A stretch of 64,000 nt of DNA from Octopus sinensis (lineage: Eukaryota): the NCBI RefSeq assembly GCF_006345805.1, contig NC_043005.1, forward strand, positions 40,920,001 through 40,984,000, read 5' to 3'. A program made the position numbers and the translations under genes. Positions 13,430-27,167 of this stretch are shown one piece after another (position 1 is the stretch's first letter; the number at the start of each line of letters is the position of its first letter). The notes under the pieces are model-generated. The model was given only the letters and a program-made list of their open reading frames with translations. It was not told the origin of the DNA and searched no databases.

Positions 13430-13995
13430 GCATTCAAACGACACTTGTACAACTACAGGTCCTCCTTCAGGGTCCCAGGAAGATGATTCATCACATCCCT
13501 GGCCAGCTATGTGTGGCAATTCATATGATATCAAGTGGAAGATCTTAGAACGGTTGGGCCCCTACATCAACAGGAGAAGATCTTGCAAGCTATGTATAGC
13601 TGAGTGAGCCAGAATACTTAAAAACTCCCTGATACCTGGATCATTAAATACTCTCCAAGAAATCTTTACACCATGCATCCATTTCATGTACTACTTGCTG
13701 CAGCATGGAATTCTCTGTTTGCTGACTAAGCCTGGAAGAGTCCTTGTGATCCATTAGCAGACCAAGGGATAGATCCCTTATTCCCCATCTCCATACAGCT
13801 GGCCTTACTATCACCGGACATTTTATTCTCTGATGACCTTTTGACCATTGACTGTAACAACTGTCCGCCTCCGAGAGGTGAAGAGTTAAATTTGTCTTCA
13901 GACTAGAATCTGATGAATCATCCATGAAGCTATGGCTTTCATGGATGTGAAACCATTGGTCACACTATGACCAGACACTAATTTTATTACTTTAA
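13430..13995 (+). mobile_element. 5'-truncated Penelope-like retroelement: GIY-YIG endonuclease C-terminus remnant plus 3' pLTR
   Basis: Across a frameshift: FKRHLYNYRSSF...TSLASYVWQ / YDIKWKILERLGPYINRRRSCKLCIAE*ARIL...LNTLQEIFTPCIH. This resembles the PLE EN C-terminal pattern IxWxIL...CxLCxxE...LN...E...CxH. A hammerhead and (TA)n follow. Confidence 0.75.
13904..13967 (+). ncRNA. Type-I hammerhead ribozyme in PLE 3' region (family H4)
   Basis: CTGATGA at 13910-13916; long stem II catccatgaagc/gctttcatggatg; GAAACC att GGTC (GUC triplet); stem I tagaat/acacta is imperfect. Confidence 0.7.
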
Positions 13996-14020
13996 TATAT
14001 ATATATACACATATACATAT

Positions 14021-14074
<54 letters not shown>

Positions 14075-14139
14075 GAGTGTATTTTTACCTTGTTAACAAT
14101 TAACACGGAAAAATAAATAAATAGTTACTCCATTTTTTA

Positions 14140-14184
<45 letters not shown>

Positions 14185-14703
14185 CTGAGCTAAATGCAGC
14201 AAAAAATAAAGTAATGGTCATCACTACTCTAGTTGTCCCTATAATAATCCATAAATAACTTATTCTTTTCTGAATGCTTAATGAAATAGCAAGACAAAAT
14301 TGTGTAGCAAGAAAAATAATGCCTTTAAGTAGAATACACTTGAAATCTGACATAGAAAGATTATGCTTAATGCAAATATAGAGAGTATGTATCTTATGCA
14401 ACTAGAAAACAGTTCTGAAATATCCACTTTAGGACTTCAAAAAATAGCATGTAAAAAATTAATAGAAAATTAATACAAATAAGTATAAAACACAAACAAA
14501 ATAAATATCTGCTTTCTGTATTCATGGCAGCTTACAAATTCAGCTCAGTGACTGAAATGACAAATAGTTGAGTAGAAAGAAGGAACAATAGAAACAGTTA
14601 CAAATGCAGAAATAGCATGCCATAATAGCATGCCATAATAGCATGCCATAATAAGCTAAATAAAAAATCTGCTCATATAAGGCCAATAACTGACAAATAT
14701 TGA

Positions 14704-14773
<70 letters not shown>

Positions 14774-15578
14774 GGGTACAACTTTAGCTGAGAATGCAGT
14801 ATTCAAAGTTGAGACAAAAGATTCTTGATTGTGTTACTGGATCAAAGTTAGAATTACCAAAATCAAGCAAAAGAAGCAGAATATATTGTGTATATTCAGT
14901 TTGTAGATGTTGGAAAGAAAAACTGGCTGATGCTATTAGTGTCTGAGGTAACAAAGAATGCCTTTATAGACGTAACAAAGTTGAGTGTTTTCATATATTG
15001 GAAATTCTGCCAGCATTATGAAATATCAACAAAAAGAGGTGCTATAAACATGCACCAAAAAAGGATTTTAGAAAAAGACAAAGTTATCATAAACTGGAAT
15101 ATGACAAGACGCACGAGATGGAGAGAGTAAAGCTAATCAACTTGACATTGTTGTGAAGGATCACAACAATTCCAACAGATGATAAAGTATACCAAAAAGT
15201 AATGAAAAATATCTAAATATAAAGATGTGGAAATAGGGATTATCAAAATGTGGGGACTGAAATAGGGACAGTCCTAATAATATTGTCATGAGTATGATTA
15301 AAGTGATGAAGGAAATCCATAACCAAAACTCCACGATTAACACATTTATACAACACATAGAAAATGGTTCTGTTACGTTTGGCATACATATTTTTAGAGT
15401 ACTTTTGATACATTAGGAAAATAAAATAATATACATTCCCATGATACACAGCCATGTATTTAGTAATGCTGCAAAGCATGCAAATAAGAATAGTAATAAG
15501 AATAGTAGTACAGTTCTATATTTAAGAGATGAGAAATTATGTACATTATTTACATTATTTACATTATTTATATTCGAC

Positions 15579-15866
15579 GGGCATATGGCGTAGTGGTTAA
15601 GAGCGCTGGTTACTAACCCCAAGATTCTGAGTTTGATTCCAAGCAGTGACCTGAACAATAGCAATGATATTATTAATAATAATAATAATAATAATAATGA
15701 TGATGATAATAATAATATCGAAAAATACCTTAGGAATGAGAACTCAGGTTCGAAATTTTCTCAAGACACCTGTAGAAGGCTGGAGGGTATATCAGCTGAA
15801 ACGTGTTAACAACAAACAAGATGAGGACAAATATCCGTTGAATGTTAATAATGTAAATGATGTAAA
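15579..15866 (+). mobile_element. tRNA-headed SINE (family E) with hammerhead-like 3' region
   Basis: A-box TGGCGTAGTGG, B-box-like GAGTTTGATTCC, (AAT)n linker, then gacac CTGTAGA a GGCTG..CAGCT GAAACGT and a (TGTAAATAA)n-like tail; second copy at 30361-30647. Confidence 0.8.
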
Positions 15867-15877
15867 CAAAGAATAGT

Positions 15878-16095
15878 AGTGTTTTCAAATTTTGGCATAA
15901 GACCAGCAACTCTATGGGGAGGGAAATAATTGATTCGATCAACCTCAGTGCTTAACTGGTACTTATTTTATCAACCCCGAAAGGATGAAAGGCAAAGTTG
16001 ATCTTGGTAGAATTTGAACTCAGAATGTCAAGCCGGATGAAATGCTGATAAGCATTTCACCCAGTGTGCTAACGTTTCCGCCAGCTCACTGCCTT
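15878..16095 (-). mobile_element. tRNA-derived SINE (family B)
   Basis: Minus strand aggcagtgagctggcggaaacgttagcac...gagttcaaattc...gcctttcatcctttcggggttgataaaataagtaccag. Confidence 0.85.
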
Positions 16096-16200
16096 CCATC
16101 CTATATTAATAATGAGTTTATGTATTTGCCACAAGGGCGAAGGATGAGGAGGACAATACAGAGACAGATATGATGAAATGATACAAAAAAATCTTTTTTT

Positions 16201-16421
16201 ACTCTTACTCTTACTCTTTACTCTTTTACTTGTTTCAGTCATTTGGCTGCGGCCATGCTGGAGCACCGCCTTTAGTCAAGCAAATCGACCCCGGGACTTA
16301 TTCTTTGTAAGCCCAGTACTTATTCTATCGGTCTCTTTTGCCGAACCGCTAAGTGACGGGGACGTAAACACACCAGCATCGGTTGTCAGGCAATGCTAGG
16401 GGGACAAACACAGACACACAA

Positions 16422-16460
<39 letters not shown>

Positions 16461-16631
16461 CATATATACGACAGGCTTCTTTCAGTTTCCGTCTACCAAA
16501 TCCACTCACAAGGCATTGGTCGGCCTGGGGCTATAGCAGAAGACACTTACCCAAGATGCCACGCAGTGGGACTGAACCCGGAACCATGTGGTTGGTTAGC
16601 AAGCTACTTACCACACAGCCACTCCTGTGCC
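16201..16631 (-). mobile_element. Full-length SINE family A
   Basis: Near-identical to 7411-7814. Confidence 0.9.
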
Positions 16632-16690
16632 TTTTAATAAATAAAATTAAATTAAAAAATTAAGTATACTACTTTTATTAAGGCAGTGAA

Positions 16691-16910
16691 AGGTGGTGAG
16701 CTGGCAGAACTGTTAGCATGCTAGGTGAAATGCTGAATGGCATTTTGACTGTCTTTATGTTCAAAGTTCAAATTCCAATGAGGCTGACTTTACCTTCCAT
16801 CCTTTTGGGGTTAATAAATTAAATACATGTGAAACACTATGGTCGATGTAATCGATTAGTCCCCTACCCCAAAATTTCAGGCCTTGTGCCATAAGTAGAA
16901 AGGATTATTA
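16691..16910 (+). mobile_element. SINE family B (degenerate)
   Basis: aggtggtgagctggcagaactgttagcatg...ccttccatccttttggggttaataaatt. Confidence 0.8.
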
Positions 16911-18011
16911 ACATAAGATGAAAAATGAGACCTGTCAAATGATGGATGAACTGTGAGGTACCAAAAGTTAGCCAACAGCTTGTATATAACCAAGTGGATA
17001 TATATATTTGTGTGTGCATGGCTAGTGACATGTGTTTCATTTGAGAAAGGCCTGGAAAAAATAGGTAGCCTCATCTCCACAACTTTTAAGATGGTAGTAG
17101 CAGATCAAGGGAAGTTAGTGACAAAGGTGACACCCCCATCATGCTGGACTTAGAGTTATGATGTCAGACAAACATTTAGCATGAAATTTTATGGCCTAGG
17201 CTATCCATTAAGTTAGATGGCACTGCAAAGGATCCCTTTTTGCCATTTTGACCATCTCTGACATTCTTAGGCAAGATCAATTGTCTTGACTTTGTTTTGC
17301 CACTGGACATTTTTTTTAAGAATAAGTGAAGTGAGTTTTATGTGTGCAAAGTTCTTTTCCGCTGTAAAAATAAACAAAATATAAGTAAAAAAAGAAAAGA
17401 AACAAAAAAAAAACTCATCCTAGTCTGGCATCTTCCTCTGCAGTTGCTAAGTCATCATCAAATTTAATGGTTGAGCTATCATTTTTGGCTCTACTGTGTG
17501 TACACTATTATTAAAATAGATGAACTAGAATTAAAACGCACCAGCTGCACAAAACAATTTCAAATTAGCATAAATATTCATGAAGAAAATGAAGAGATGA
17601 GTTTAAGAAATCAGACAAGAACTATACAATATAGACAAAATATATTGATTTTTATAATCGATATCAGACCTCACATTTGAAGGGAAGGAACAGTTGATTA
17701 TAACAACCTTTGTATTTAAGAGATGAAAGGACAAAGTTGACTCTAACAGAGTTTGGACTCAATATATGAAGGAGCAACTTTCCACTGATTACTCATACAC
17801 AATATTTTTCTCTGTTTATGTTTTATTTAAATGAAAGTCTATTTCTAATTACTTTATACACTAGCAGCCTCCCTGTTTATCTGTCTGAAGTCAAAAGACA
17901 CTCTCTTTGTATGTAATCCATATATCTTTGTGTTTCTTGTTCTAGTCTTATGTCTCTGAACTGAGTGTTTTCAGTTTTAAAATTTGGCTTTGCTTTGTTT
18001 TCATCCTAGTA

Positions 18012-18429
18012 ACTTTTACTCTTTTACTCTTTTACTTGTTTCAGTCATTTTGACTGCGGCCGTGTTGGAGCACCACCTTTAGTCAAAGAAATCGACCCCA
18101 AGACATATTCTTTGTAAGCCTAGTACTTATTCTATCAGTCTCTTTTGCTGAACCGCTAAGTTATGGGGGCGTAAACACACCAGCATCGGTTGTCAAGCGA
18201 TGTTGGGGGGACAAACACAGACACACAAACATATACATACACATACATAAATATATATATACATATATACGATGGGCTTCTTTCAGTTTCTTTTGACCAA
18301 ATCCACTCACAAGGCTTCGGTCAGCCCGAGGCTATGGTAGAAGACACTTACTCAAGGTGTCACACAGTGGGACAGAACCCAGGACCATGTGGTTGGTAAG
18401 CAAGCTACTTACCATACAGCCACTCCTGC
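18012..18429 (-). mobile_element. SINE family A
   Basis: Homology to 7411-7814. Confidence 0.9.
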
Positions 18430-18668
18430 AAATGAACAAAAACCAACTTTTTCCATGAGCCAAAATCAAAATCATAATGATTTCAGATTAAAAGCTGGTT
18501 GATTTTGAGGAAATCATTTTATTCAGGTCTATTTTTTGTTCTTTCCATTAATTATTGTATTCATCCTTAACGATCATTATGTGTGGTGTGGTGGTGGTGG
18601 TGGTGGTGGTGTATGTGTATGTGTGTGTGTGAAAGAAAAGAAGTTGAAAATGCACTTTAAGAAAATTA

Positions 18669-18823
18669 AGGCTGTGTGGTAAGTATCTTGCTTATGAACC
18701 ACATGGTTCCAGGTTCAGTCCCACTGCATGGCACCTTGGGCAAGTGTCTTCTACTATAGCCTCAGGCCGACCAAAGCCTTGTGAGTGGATTTGGTAGACA
18801 GAAACTGAAAAGAGCCTGTCGTA

Positions 18824-18884
<61 letters not shown>

Positions 18885-19099
18885 ATATGTTTGTGTGTCT
18901 GTGTTTGTCCCCTCAACATCACTTGACAACCAATGCTGGTGTGTTTATGTTCCCATAACTTAGCAGTTTGGCAAAAGAGACAGATAGAATAAGTACTAAA
19001 CTTACAAAGAATAAGTCCTGGTGTCGATTTGCTCGACTAAAAGCGGTGCTCCAGCATGGCCACAGTCAAATGACTGAAACATGTAAAAGAGTAAAGAGT
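18669..19099 (+). mobile_element. SINE family A
   Basis: ggctgtgtggtaagtatcttgc...gactgaaacatgtaaaagagtaaagagta. Confidence 0.9.
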
Positions 19100-19188
19100 A
19101 ATTACTTGACCAGTTTCACAATTTTTGTGATTTTTCAAAAGTACTGAAATATGTAGAGTCTGGTGGCTATGCTATATTTGTCTGGACT

Positions 19189-19563
19189 TTTAGAAGCACT
19201 CCGTCGGCTACAACGATGAGGGTTCTGGTTGATCCGAATCAACGGAACAGCCTGCTCGTGAAATTAACATGTAAGTGGCTGATCACTCCACAGACACGTG
19301 TACCCTTAACGTAGTTCTCGGGGATATTCAGCGTGACACAGAGAGGCCCTTTGAAATACAGGTACAACAGAAACAGGAAGTAAGAGTGAGAGAAAGTTGT
19401 GGCGAAAGAGTACAGCAGGGATCACCACCATCCCTGCCGGAGCCTTGTGGAGCATTAGGTGTTTTCGCTCAATAAACACTCACAATGCCCGGTCTGGGAA
19501 TCGAAACCGCGATCCTATGACCGCGAGTCCCCTACCCTAACCACTGGGCCATTGCGGCTCCAC
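19189..19563 (-). mobile_element. Young full-length tRNA-derived SINE (family C) with 11-bp TSD
   Basis: Minus head ggagccgcaatggcccagtggttagggtaggggactcgcggtcataggatcgcggtttcgattcccagaccgggc has A/B boxes; TSD ttgtctggact at 19178-19188 and 19564-19574. Confidence 0.9.
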
Positions 19564-20026
19564 TTGTCTGGACTAAATGTTTTGTAGTTGTCCATCACAG
19601 ATTATTTGTGTGACAATTCTTCATTTTTGGTTCTTAATACTAGCGGTCAAAGTCAGCTATCTGAGTTTATGCTTGACTACTTTTCGTACCTTTGTTTGGT
19701 TCTGGTGGTTTTAGTGTAGTTAGGGCTGGATAAATTTGATTGGTTTGTACCCTTGTGACATTGGGAAATGTATTTAGGGATGTGAATACATTGATTATTT
19801 TTGTTGATATTAATCTTTTAGCATTCAGATTCCTCTGATAAATGTAATACTTATTTATTCAATTCTGCATTGTCTTGTGGCTTTCATATTTCGATGATGT
19901 GGTTGTTTATTTTTAGAATAACATTGTAGTGTAAATTTGTTGCCTATGAATGGTGAGTCTAGTTCTCACTGTAAGTGTCATTTGTAGAAAAAGAATTATT
20001 TTCTGGCGTGTATATATTTGTGAGTG

Positions 20027-20085
<59 letters not shown>

Positions 20086-20090
<5 letters not shown>

Positions 20091-20332
20091 TAATACATGA
20101 TTATATAATAATTGTATTAAAGGGTGTGGATAAACCCCACCAACAAGCTTGAAATAGATGCCAAATGGCTCTAAATACCACATCTACACTCTGTTTGTAT
20201 GGGTTGAAAGTGAGCAGATGAATAAATAAGATTTTTTAAAAAGGATTAATTATAGATCAATTTCTAGTGTGTTGGTGGGGTTTATCTGCACCCTTTAATA
20301 TAATTATGTTTATATAATTATATATTAGTATA
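20086..20332. repeat. Inverted repeat (~75-bp arms, ~95-bp spacer) next to (TA)n
   Basis: attaaagggtgtggataaaccccaccaaca vs tgttggtggggtttatctgcaccctttaat. Confidence 0.8.
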
Positions 20333-23300
20333 AATTTTTACCTATATGGTTTTATCCTTAATTATGTATACACACATGCACACACACACATGTGTATGTA
20401 TATATATATATATGTGTGTGTGTGTATGTGTGTGTGTGTGTGTGTGTGTGCATGTGTTTGTACACACATACACATACACACACTCATACATAATTCTTAT
20501 AACTATTCGCTTTATATAGTTACATTGTTGTTGTTTAGCTCCAGATCAACCTTATTACAGCAAATCTATGATCAAAGGCAATCCATCCATGACTCTCTAG
20601 TCTTTTTTATTGGTATATAGAAATACATTATCTAATGTCTTTCCTTGTTTAAAATAGTGCTATGTGAATTGATAGTAATTTGCCCTCTATTTTTAGCTGG
20701 TCAAATAACCATATAATAGCTTCTTCATTGGCTTGAAAAAGTAGTTATAAATTTCCATGGCACATTTTAAATGTTTTGATGCAATCCATGTATATATATA
20801 TATATATATATATACATTATAACAGCAATGTGTATATAAACATGTATGGATGCCTTGATGTTTTTGAGCAAATTTATGTTAGTTAATGCAAATTACTTAG
20901 CAAACATTTTCTCTTTGTTTTCATTTTTATTTCCTATTTAAAAATATGAATTTTAGATGTTTTCATTTGCTTATTTCCTAGAAGTTTACCTCTAGACAAT
21001 ATTCTATTAAATTATATTCTTTTTACATTTTCTCTCACACTTTTTTTTATAAGATATTGAACATTAAAAAATATCCAAAATTTACTGCAGTAAAGAAGGA
21101 TGAAAATTAGTATTTCAAAGCAGTTAAATTAATTGAAGTGAAAAGAAAAAAAAAATGCAAAATTCAAACTGTGAGTGATGAGAATAATGATTAGCAGGAA
21201 ATGTTGGATTGAAATGGAACATGTATCTCCAAAGTTTTTTCATTAGGAATTCTTTTCCATTGTAATTTTAATGACGCAGAAGATGGGTAAGAATTTAAAA
21301 TGGAATATTTCTCTGCTGTCTTGTCATGTTCCAGAATAACTATTTATTTGCGCAGTAGACAAGTAAAGCACTAGGCTAAACATTTTTTTTTACAACATTG
21401 AATGAAATATGTTAAAATATTTGACCAAGTTCAAAAAATGAAAAAAAATTGAAAAAAGAATTGCCTTGTAGAATTTTCTTTACAATTTGAATTCAGTTCT
21501 ATCCAGGTTCAAATCTGTCATTCATCCTCCTTTCAGTTATAATGAGATAAATAGCAGTCAGGTACCAGAGTTCATTTAATCAACTACATCTACACCCAAG
21601 TGTTTGTGGTTTTTGTGCCTATGCTGAAGATCATTATTATTTGATAGGATCCTTAGAGCAACAGACAAAATACCTGTGAAGCGAAATGTTTCTAACAGGT
21701 GGCTATTTAGTTTGTGCACTAAACAGATGCTGTTCTATGTTGTTAGTGGGGTAGCTAGATGGTGTTTCACCTGGGTAGACCTTTCAGTTAGCTGCTCATT
21801 GCCCCCAACCCCACTTCCTGTACAAGCTTATACAGCAGACTCAAAAGTTCCATCCCCATAAAAACATCATCAATAATGGACCCTTTCTGCACCCTATTCC
21901 TAATTATGCTACTTTATGTTGCACTGATTTAGCCTCTGAAAACAGAACTGAAGCCAGCTGTCCTTATGATGGCTGCCAGTTAGTAATGCTTGAAGTCTGT
22001 TAGAAGCTTTATATTGATCTAAATTGCATCCCACCAAAGTTAGATATTTTCCTGATCCTCTTAGTGAGGTACACAAATTTGCTAGAGAATGCACAAGTTT
22101 GTGTGAATCCAGCAACACTTTGAACATAAAGTATCAATCCCTTGGCAAAGTCCCTACCAAAATCTTTTGTTCTGTATTTTGCTGAGATAAAAAAGGTTAA
22201 TAGATATAATCCTAATCATTGTGATGATCATCCTATGATGAAAATTATGATATTGTGTAGTCAAGGTCAGCAATATTCAAGTAGACCTATGATCTATTGC
22301 CTTAAGGAGTTGTAATTGTTGATTTAGTGAATGAAAATAGATTTTATCAGCTGTAATGGATAATTGAAGCAAAACCCATAAACGTTTAACTATAATGTTT
22401 ATTGTTTTGCACATAATGACAAACTGAATTAGCCATTTACAGTTAACAACAGCAATAATTACAGACAAGGGATAGGAAACCAGACTGCTTATGAGACATT
22501 GTGTTCAAAGAAGTTACTTAAGAGACATTGTGTGAGTGTTAGTTCACTCTAGCCAAGATCCTGGATTTGTCTGTGCAAATGTCTGGAACCATTGCATGGC
22601 AAGAATAGAAACACATGTTGCTCGGCAGCCTCAACTTTCTGGATAAATTTTTGGTGTCAAAAGCAGGCTTTTATAGGGTACCAGAAGGATATTCTAGTAA
22701 ATTAAGACATGTGGTGGCTTGATGCTAATTGTTTGCTTAATAAAGTAATCATGTGCAACTATTGTGGTTTGGTTAGTGCTTGACCATGTAACCAATGGTT
22801 CAGTTTCAAATCACTGCTACGAACTATTCAGCTCTGATCATTCCATCTTTTTCAACTACAGTGTATCTATAACTACATTATCAAATGCATCCTTTTTATG
22901 ATGAAAGAGTGTGATGTGAAGGAGATTTGGATGATATTTCTAGCTGGCAGAGAACCCATGTAGAAATCTCTTTTCTCTTGATTAGGTTTATGACGATGTT
23001 GCTCTGGATAAGAATAACAATGAAGATAATAATAGTCCTGGGAGCCATGGAGATCAGGATCATTGTCGTAATATTATGATGATGATGATGATGAAAATGA
23101 TGATGACAATGATAATGACAATGATGATGACAATGATGCTGATAATAATGATGTTGATGATGATGATGATATGGTAATGATGAAGATGACAAGGTGAATA
23201 GAGAATTATTCACAATAGAATATCATCATCCATTTGCATACCATTTATTTATCAATGCATATACTAAAACTGCATTTTAGTGAAATGCAATCTTAAATGT

Positions 23301-24312
23301 GCAGCAACATCCTGACATGATGCTTAGTTTGAAGTGGATGAAAAGCTTAGGATAGAAAGGTCAGAGGTCATTTTCTTGGATTTTTATTTTTATTTTTGTT
23401 TACTTCATGCTTGAATAACACAGAACAGTATCATGAAAGCATGAACGAATCTCTACATTTGATGAATCAATAAACTGGAAGAATGCAGCATTTGCCAATT
23501 GTGGGTTCATCAAAGCATCCTGTCTTCTTTCTTATTTTTCATCTTTTCCTTGTTGTTGTTCTTGCTGTTGTTGCCATTTTTGATGTTGCTGATGTTATAT
23601 TTTGTCATTCGCTTCATTCTTCATTCTTCATTCTTATTAATTCTGTTTATTTTCTTTGTACATGTGTGCCTTTGTGCATGCATGAATATGCATATAAATA
23701 TATATGACCCTATCTATCAGAAGACGCATGCACATACATATACATATATGCATACATATATTTATATACATATATTTATATACATATATACACATACATA
23801 TGTACATAGACACATACATACATACATACATACATGCATTCATACATACATACATACATACATACACACACACACACTCACACATGTACACACACACAAG
23901 CATAATATAATATATATATATATATATATATATACATGATATATATATATAATATGTATATATATGTGTATATATATATACACACATACACACACACGTA
24001 TACATAAACACACAGACAAGCATACACGCTCACACACATGCACTCATGCACACATGCACACACACACAAACGCATGCATGCACACACATATGCATACATA
24101 TAATATTTCAGAAATATATTCAAACAGTAAATATTTCAAACGAAAAGCAGGCTCAGATTACCAGTTGAGTGATCAGTAACATGTAACTCACAGTGCCGGA
24201 ATTAGGAGCCTTTCAGTTATAATATATTAAAGAATACTCTATGCTTATGTATTGAATCTTGTAACTTAATCCTTCTTGTGAATCAAGACAAGATAATATA
24301 TATATATATATA

Positions 24313-24408
<96 letters not shown>

Positions 24409-24491
24409 GATATATATATATAGTTTATCATATATCGGAAAAAGATGCACACTCTAAAGTATTGAGGAGTAATGTATTTATATGCAGTTTA

Positions 24492-24680
24492 GTATATGTC
24501 TGATCATAGAGTGACCGATGGATTCTCATCCATAAAGGGCTTAGCCCCATGGACGACTCGCCAAATTCTAAAGCTGAAAGCATATTATTCTTCAACTCTT
24601 TTCTAAGAATTATATGCCAAATAATTCTTAGAATCATCCATGGTTGTGAAACCATTGGTCACTCTATGACTGACATATAC
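24492..24680. mobile_element. Inverted pair of family H4 PLE 3' ends with decayed hammerhead
   Basis: Minus 24507-24570 reads tagaat ttggcga gtcgtccat...atggatga gaatccatcggtc actcta; plus 24629-24680 reads gtgaaaccattggtcactctatgactgacatatac. Both are homologous to 13904-13980. Confidence 0.65.
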
Positions 24681-24942
24681 TTAAGTGCATATAAATTTAT
24701 ATATATATATAGGTGCAGGCATAGCTGTGTGGTAAGAAGCTTGCTTCCGAACCACATGGTTCTGGGTTCAGTCCCATTGAGTGGGACTTAGGTCAACCAA
24801 AGCTTTGTGAGTGGATTTGGTAGACAGAAGCTGAAAGAAGCCCAATGTGTATATATATATTAATAATAATAATATGACAACAAAAGAATAAATGAGGCCT
24901 CGATATTATGTAAATAGAGGAATTTATCTATAGTATCCTTAA

Positions 24943-25040
24943 ACAAGAATGTTGTTGACAGTGACTTTAAAGTTTCAGCCATTGTTGGATGATGGCTTAG
25001 CTGGTGAAAACTTCAAAGTCACTGTCAACAACATTCTTGT
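24943..25040. repeat. Inverted repeat (~33-bp arms)
   Basis: acaagaatgttgttgacagtgacttt vs aaagtcactgtcaacaacattcttgt. Confidence 0.8.
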
Positions 25041-25146
25041 ATAAGAATAATAAATTTGCACTCTACAAAAGTATGGAGTAACCTATCAGATTAATGTAAA
25101 ATTGTTTTTATTATAACTGAACATAAAAACAAACATTTATATATAA

Positions 25147-25475
25147 CATCATCATCATCATCATCATCACTTAGCATCTGCCTTCCATGCTGGCATGGGT
25201 TGGGTGGTTTGACAGGAGCTGGCCAGGTAGAAGACTATCTCAAGCTACTGTGTCTGTTTTGTCATGGTTTTTATGACTGGATGCCCCTCCTAATGCCAGC
25301 CACCCCACAGAGTGGACTGAGTGCTTTTTACACGAGACCAGCACAGATGAGGTGGGTATTGGCATGGTTTTTACAGCTGGATGCCCTTCCAAATGCCAAC
25401 CACTTCACAGTATGGACTGGATTCTTTTTATGTGGCACCAGCACTGGTAGGGTCACCATGTAACTTTCAAGACCA
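25147..25475 (-). mobile_element. Family-D element
   Basis: (CAT)n then ccttccatgctggcatgggttgg...ggatgcccttccaaatgccaacc, with an internal duplication. Confidence 0.75.
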
Positions 25476-25738
25476 AGAATTTTGAGATGGGAGGGGACAT
25501 TAGAGGAGATGATCTTGTGTCAGATGATGACAGATTCGAGTGTGACAGAGAGACAAAGAGGCAGAAACAGGTGTCTTGCAATACAGGAGGTATATGGTTA
25601 CCCGGCCAGAGACAGAGAGGGAGAGAGACTGCGAGAGGAAGAGAGAAAGAGAGAGGTATCAAGGAAGAAGACAGAAACAGTGTGTGTGTGTGTGAGAGAG
25701 AGAGAGAGGGAGAGAGAGAAAGAGAGAGAGAGTAAGTG

Positions 25739-25769
<31 letters not shown>

Positions 25770-26967
25770 AATACACAGTGACAGCTCAAGGACATAGATA
25801 GAGGTGGGATATTGCAACTGATGAACAACAGTGGGGGTAGAGGAAGGAATGGCAGATATAAGAGGGTGTTCTAAGGAAATCCCTCACCACTGCTTGAAAA
25901 CTATTGTTTGTATGTTTACATCCCTGTAACTTAACAATTTAGCAAAAGACACAAATTGAATAAGTACCATGCTCAAAAGTAAATAAATAATAGAGTTGGT
26001 TCATTTGATTAAAACTTCTTGAAGGTGATGATCCGATATGGACTCAGTCTAATGACTAAAGCAGGTAAAAGATAAAAGATATATGTATAAAGCACTCATC
26101 CCTCTATCATTTTTCTAATTAAGGCAGTATTCATTCAGCTGATGTAATAATATGAAAGCAGAACTGTACATGTATCATCCTCATTTATGCTACCAGTTAT
26201 CTCCCACATTGAAATCACTTCCTTTTGTTTTTTTCTATCCAGCATCTCAACATTATCCCTTGCCACTTTGTTTTTTCTCTCCCAAATCTGCCATCATCTC
26301 ATATCTGCCATCCATACCTCTATTCCCACTGTTGTTCATCATTTGCCATATCTCACCCACCTCTACTTTTGACCTCGATCTGTCACTGTGCATCTCTAAC
26401 ACACACATGCATGTACACATGCACACACACACACAACCTTCTCACTTCACATAATCTCCCCATTTCTCATGTATCTACAATTTTATTACACTGTTGCTCT
26501 CTGTCACTAATTACCTTCTCTCCCGTGACACTCATATTTCATTTACCTTTTCTCCCTACGCAAACTGATATTCACCATTGATCACACCACACCACACCTC
26601 CATCTACACCCTTAATCATTCACTGCATTCACTTCTATTCCCATCCCTAATCATCCGTCACTCCTGTCATACTCTATAAGCTCACCCGTCCTTTTTGATC
26701 CTCTGTTCCTATTCTCATTCAGACTCACCTGTTTGTACTTTGAGAAAACACCTTAACATTTCATCACCCACATTATTATCTCAGCAAAACACTTATTCCT
26801 GTCATCTCCGGCATACCTTAGCCACTCAGTACCACTTCCCTCTCAACTACATCCCCATTTACTTAAAGGAGTTTGTTTTGTCAGTTACTTGGTAACCTCT
26901 CTAGCACTGGATACACAAAAAGTCACCCTGTACACTCTGTAAAGGGGTTGGTGTTAGGAAGAGCATC

Positions 26968-27024
<57 letters not shown>

Positions 27025-27091
27025 TATATATGTATGTATGTATGTATGTATATATATATATATTATGTATGTATGTATATATATATATATT

Positions 27092-27150
<59 letters not shown>

Positions 27151-27167
27151 TGTATGTATGTATGTAT

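Noticed and set aside
15579-15652. tRNA gene (also the SINE heads near 19490-19562 and 30575-30647)
   Set aside because: The acceptor stem does not form convincingly and the sequence continues into a repeated SINE body.
21660-22180. Possible Merlin/ISXO2 transposase remnant (minus IIRNRVQKGSII; TNNIE)
   Set aside because: Only two short motif resemblances; not supportable without a profile search.
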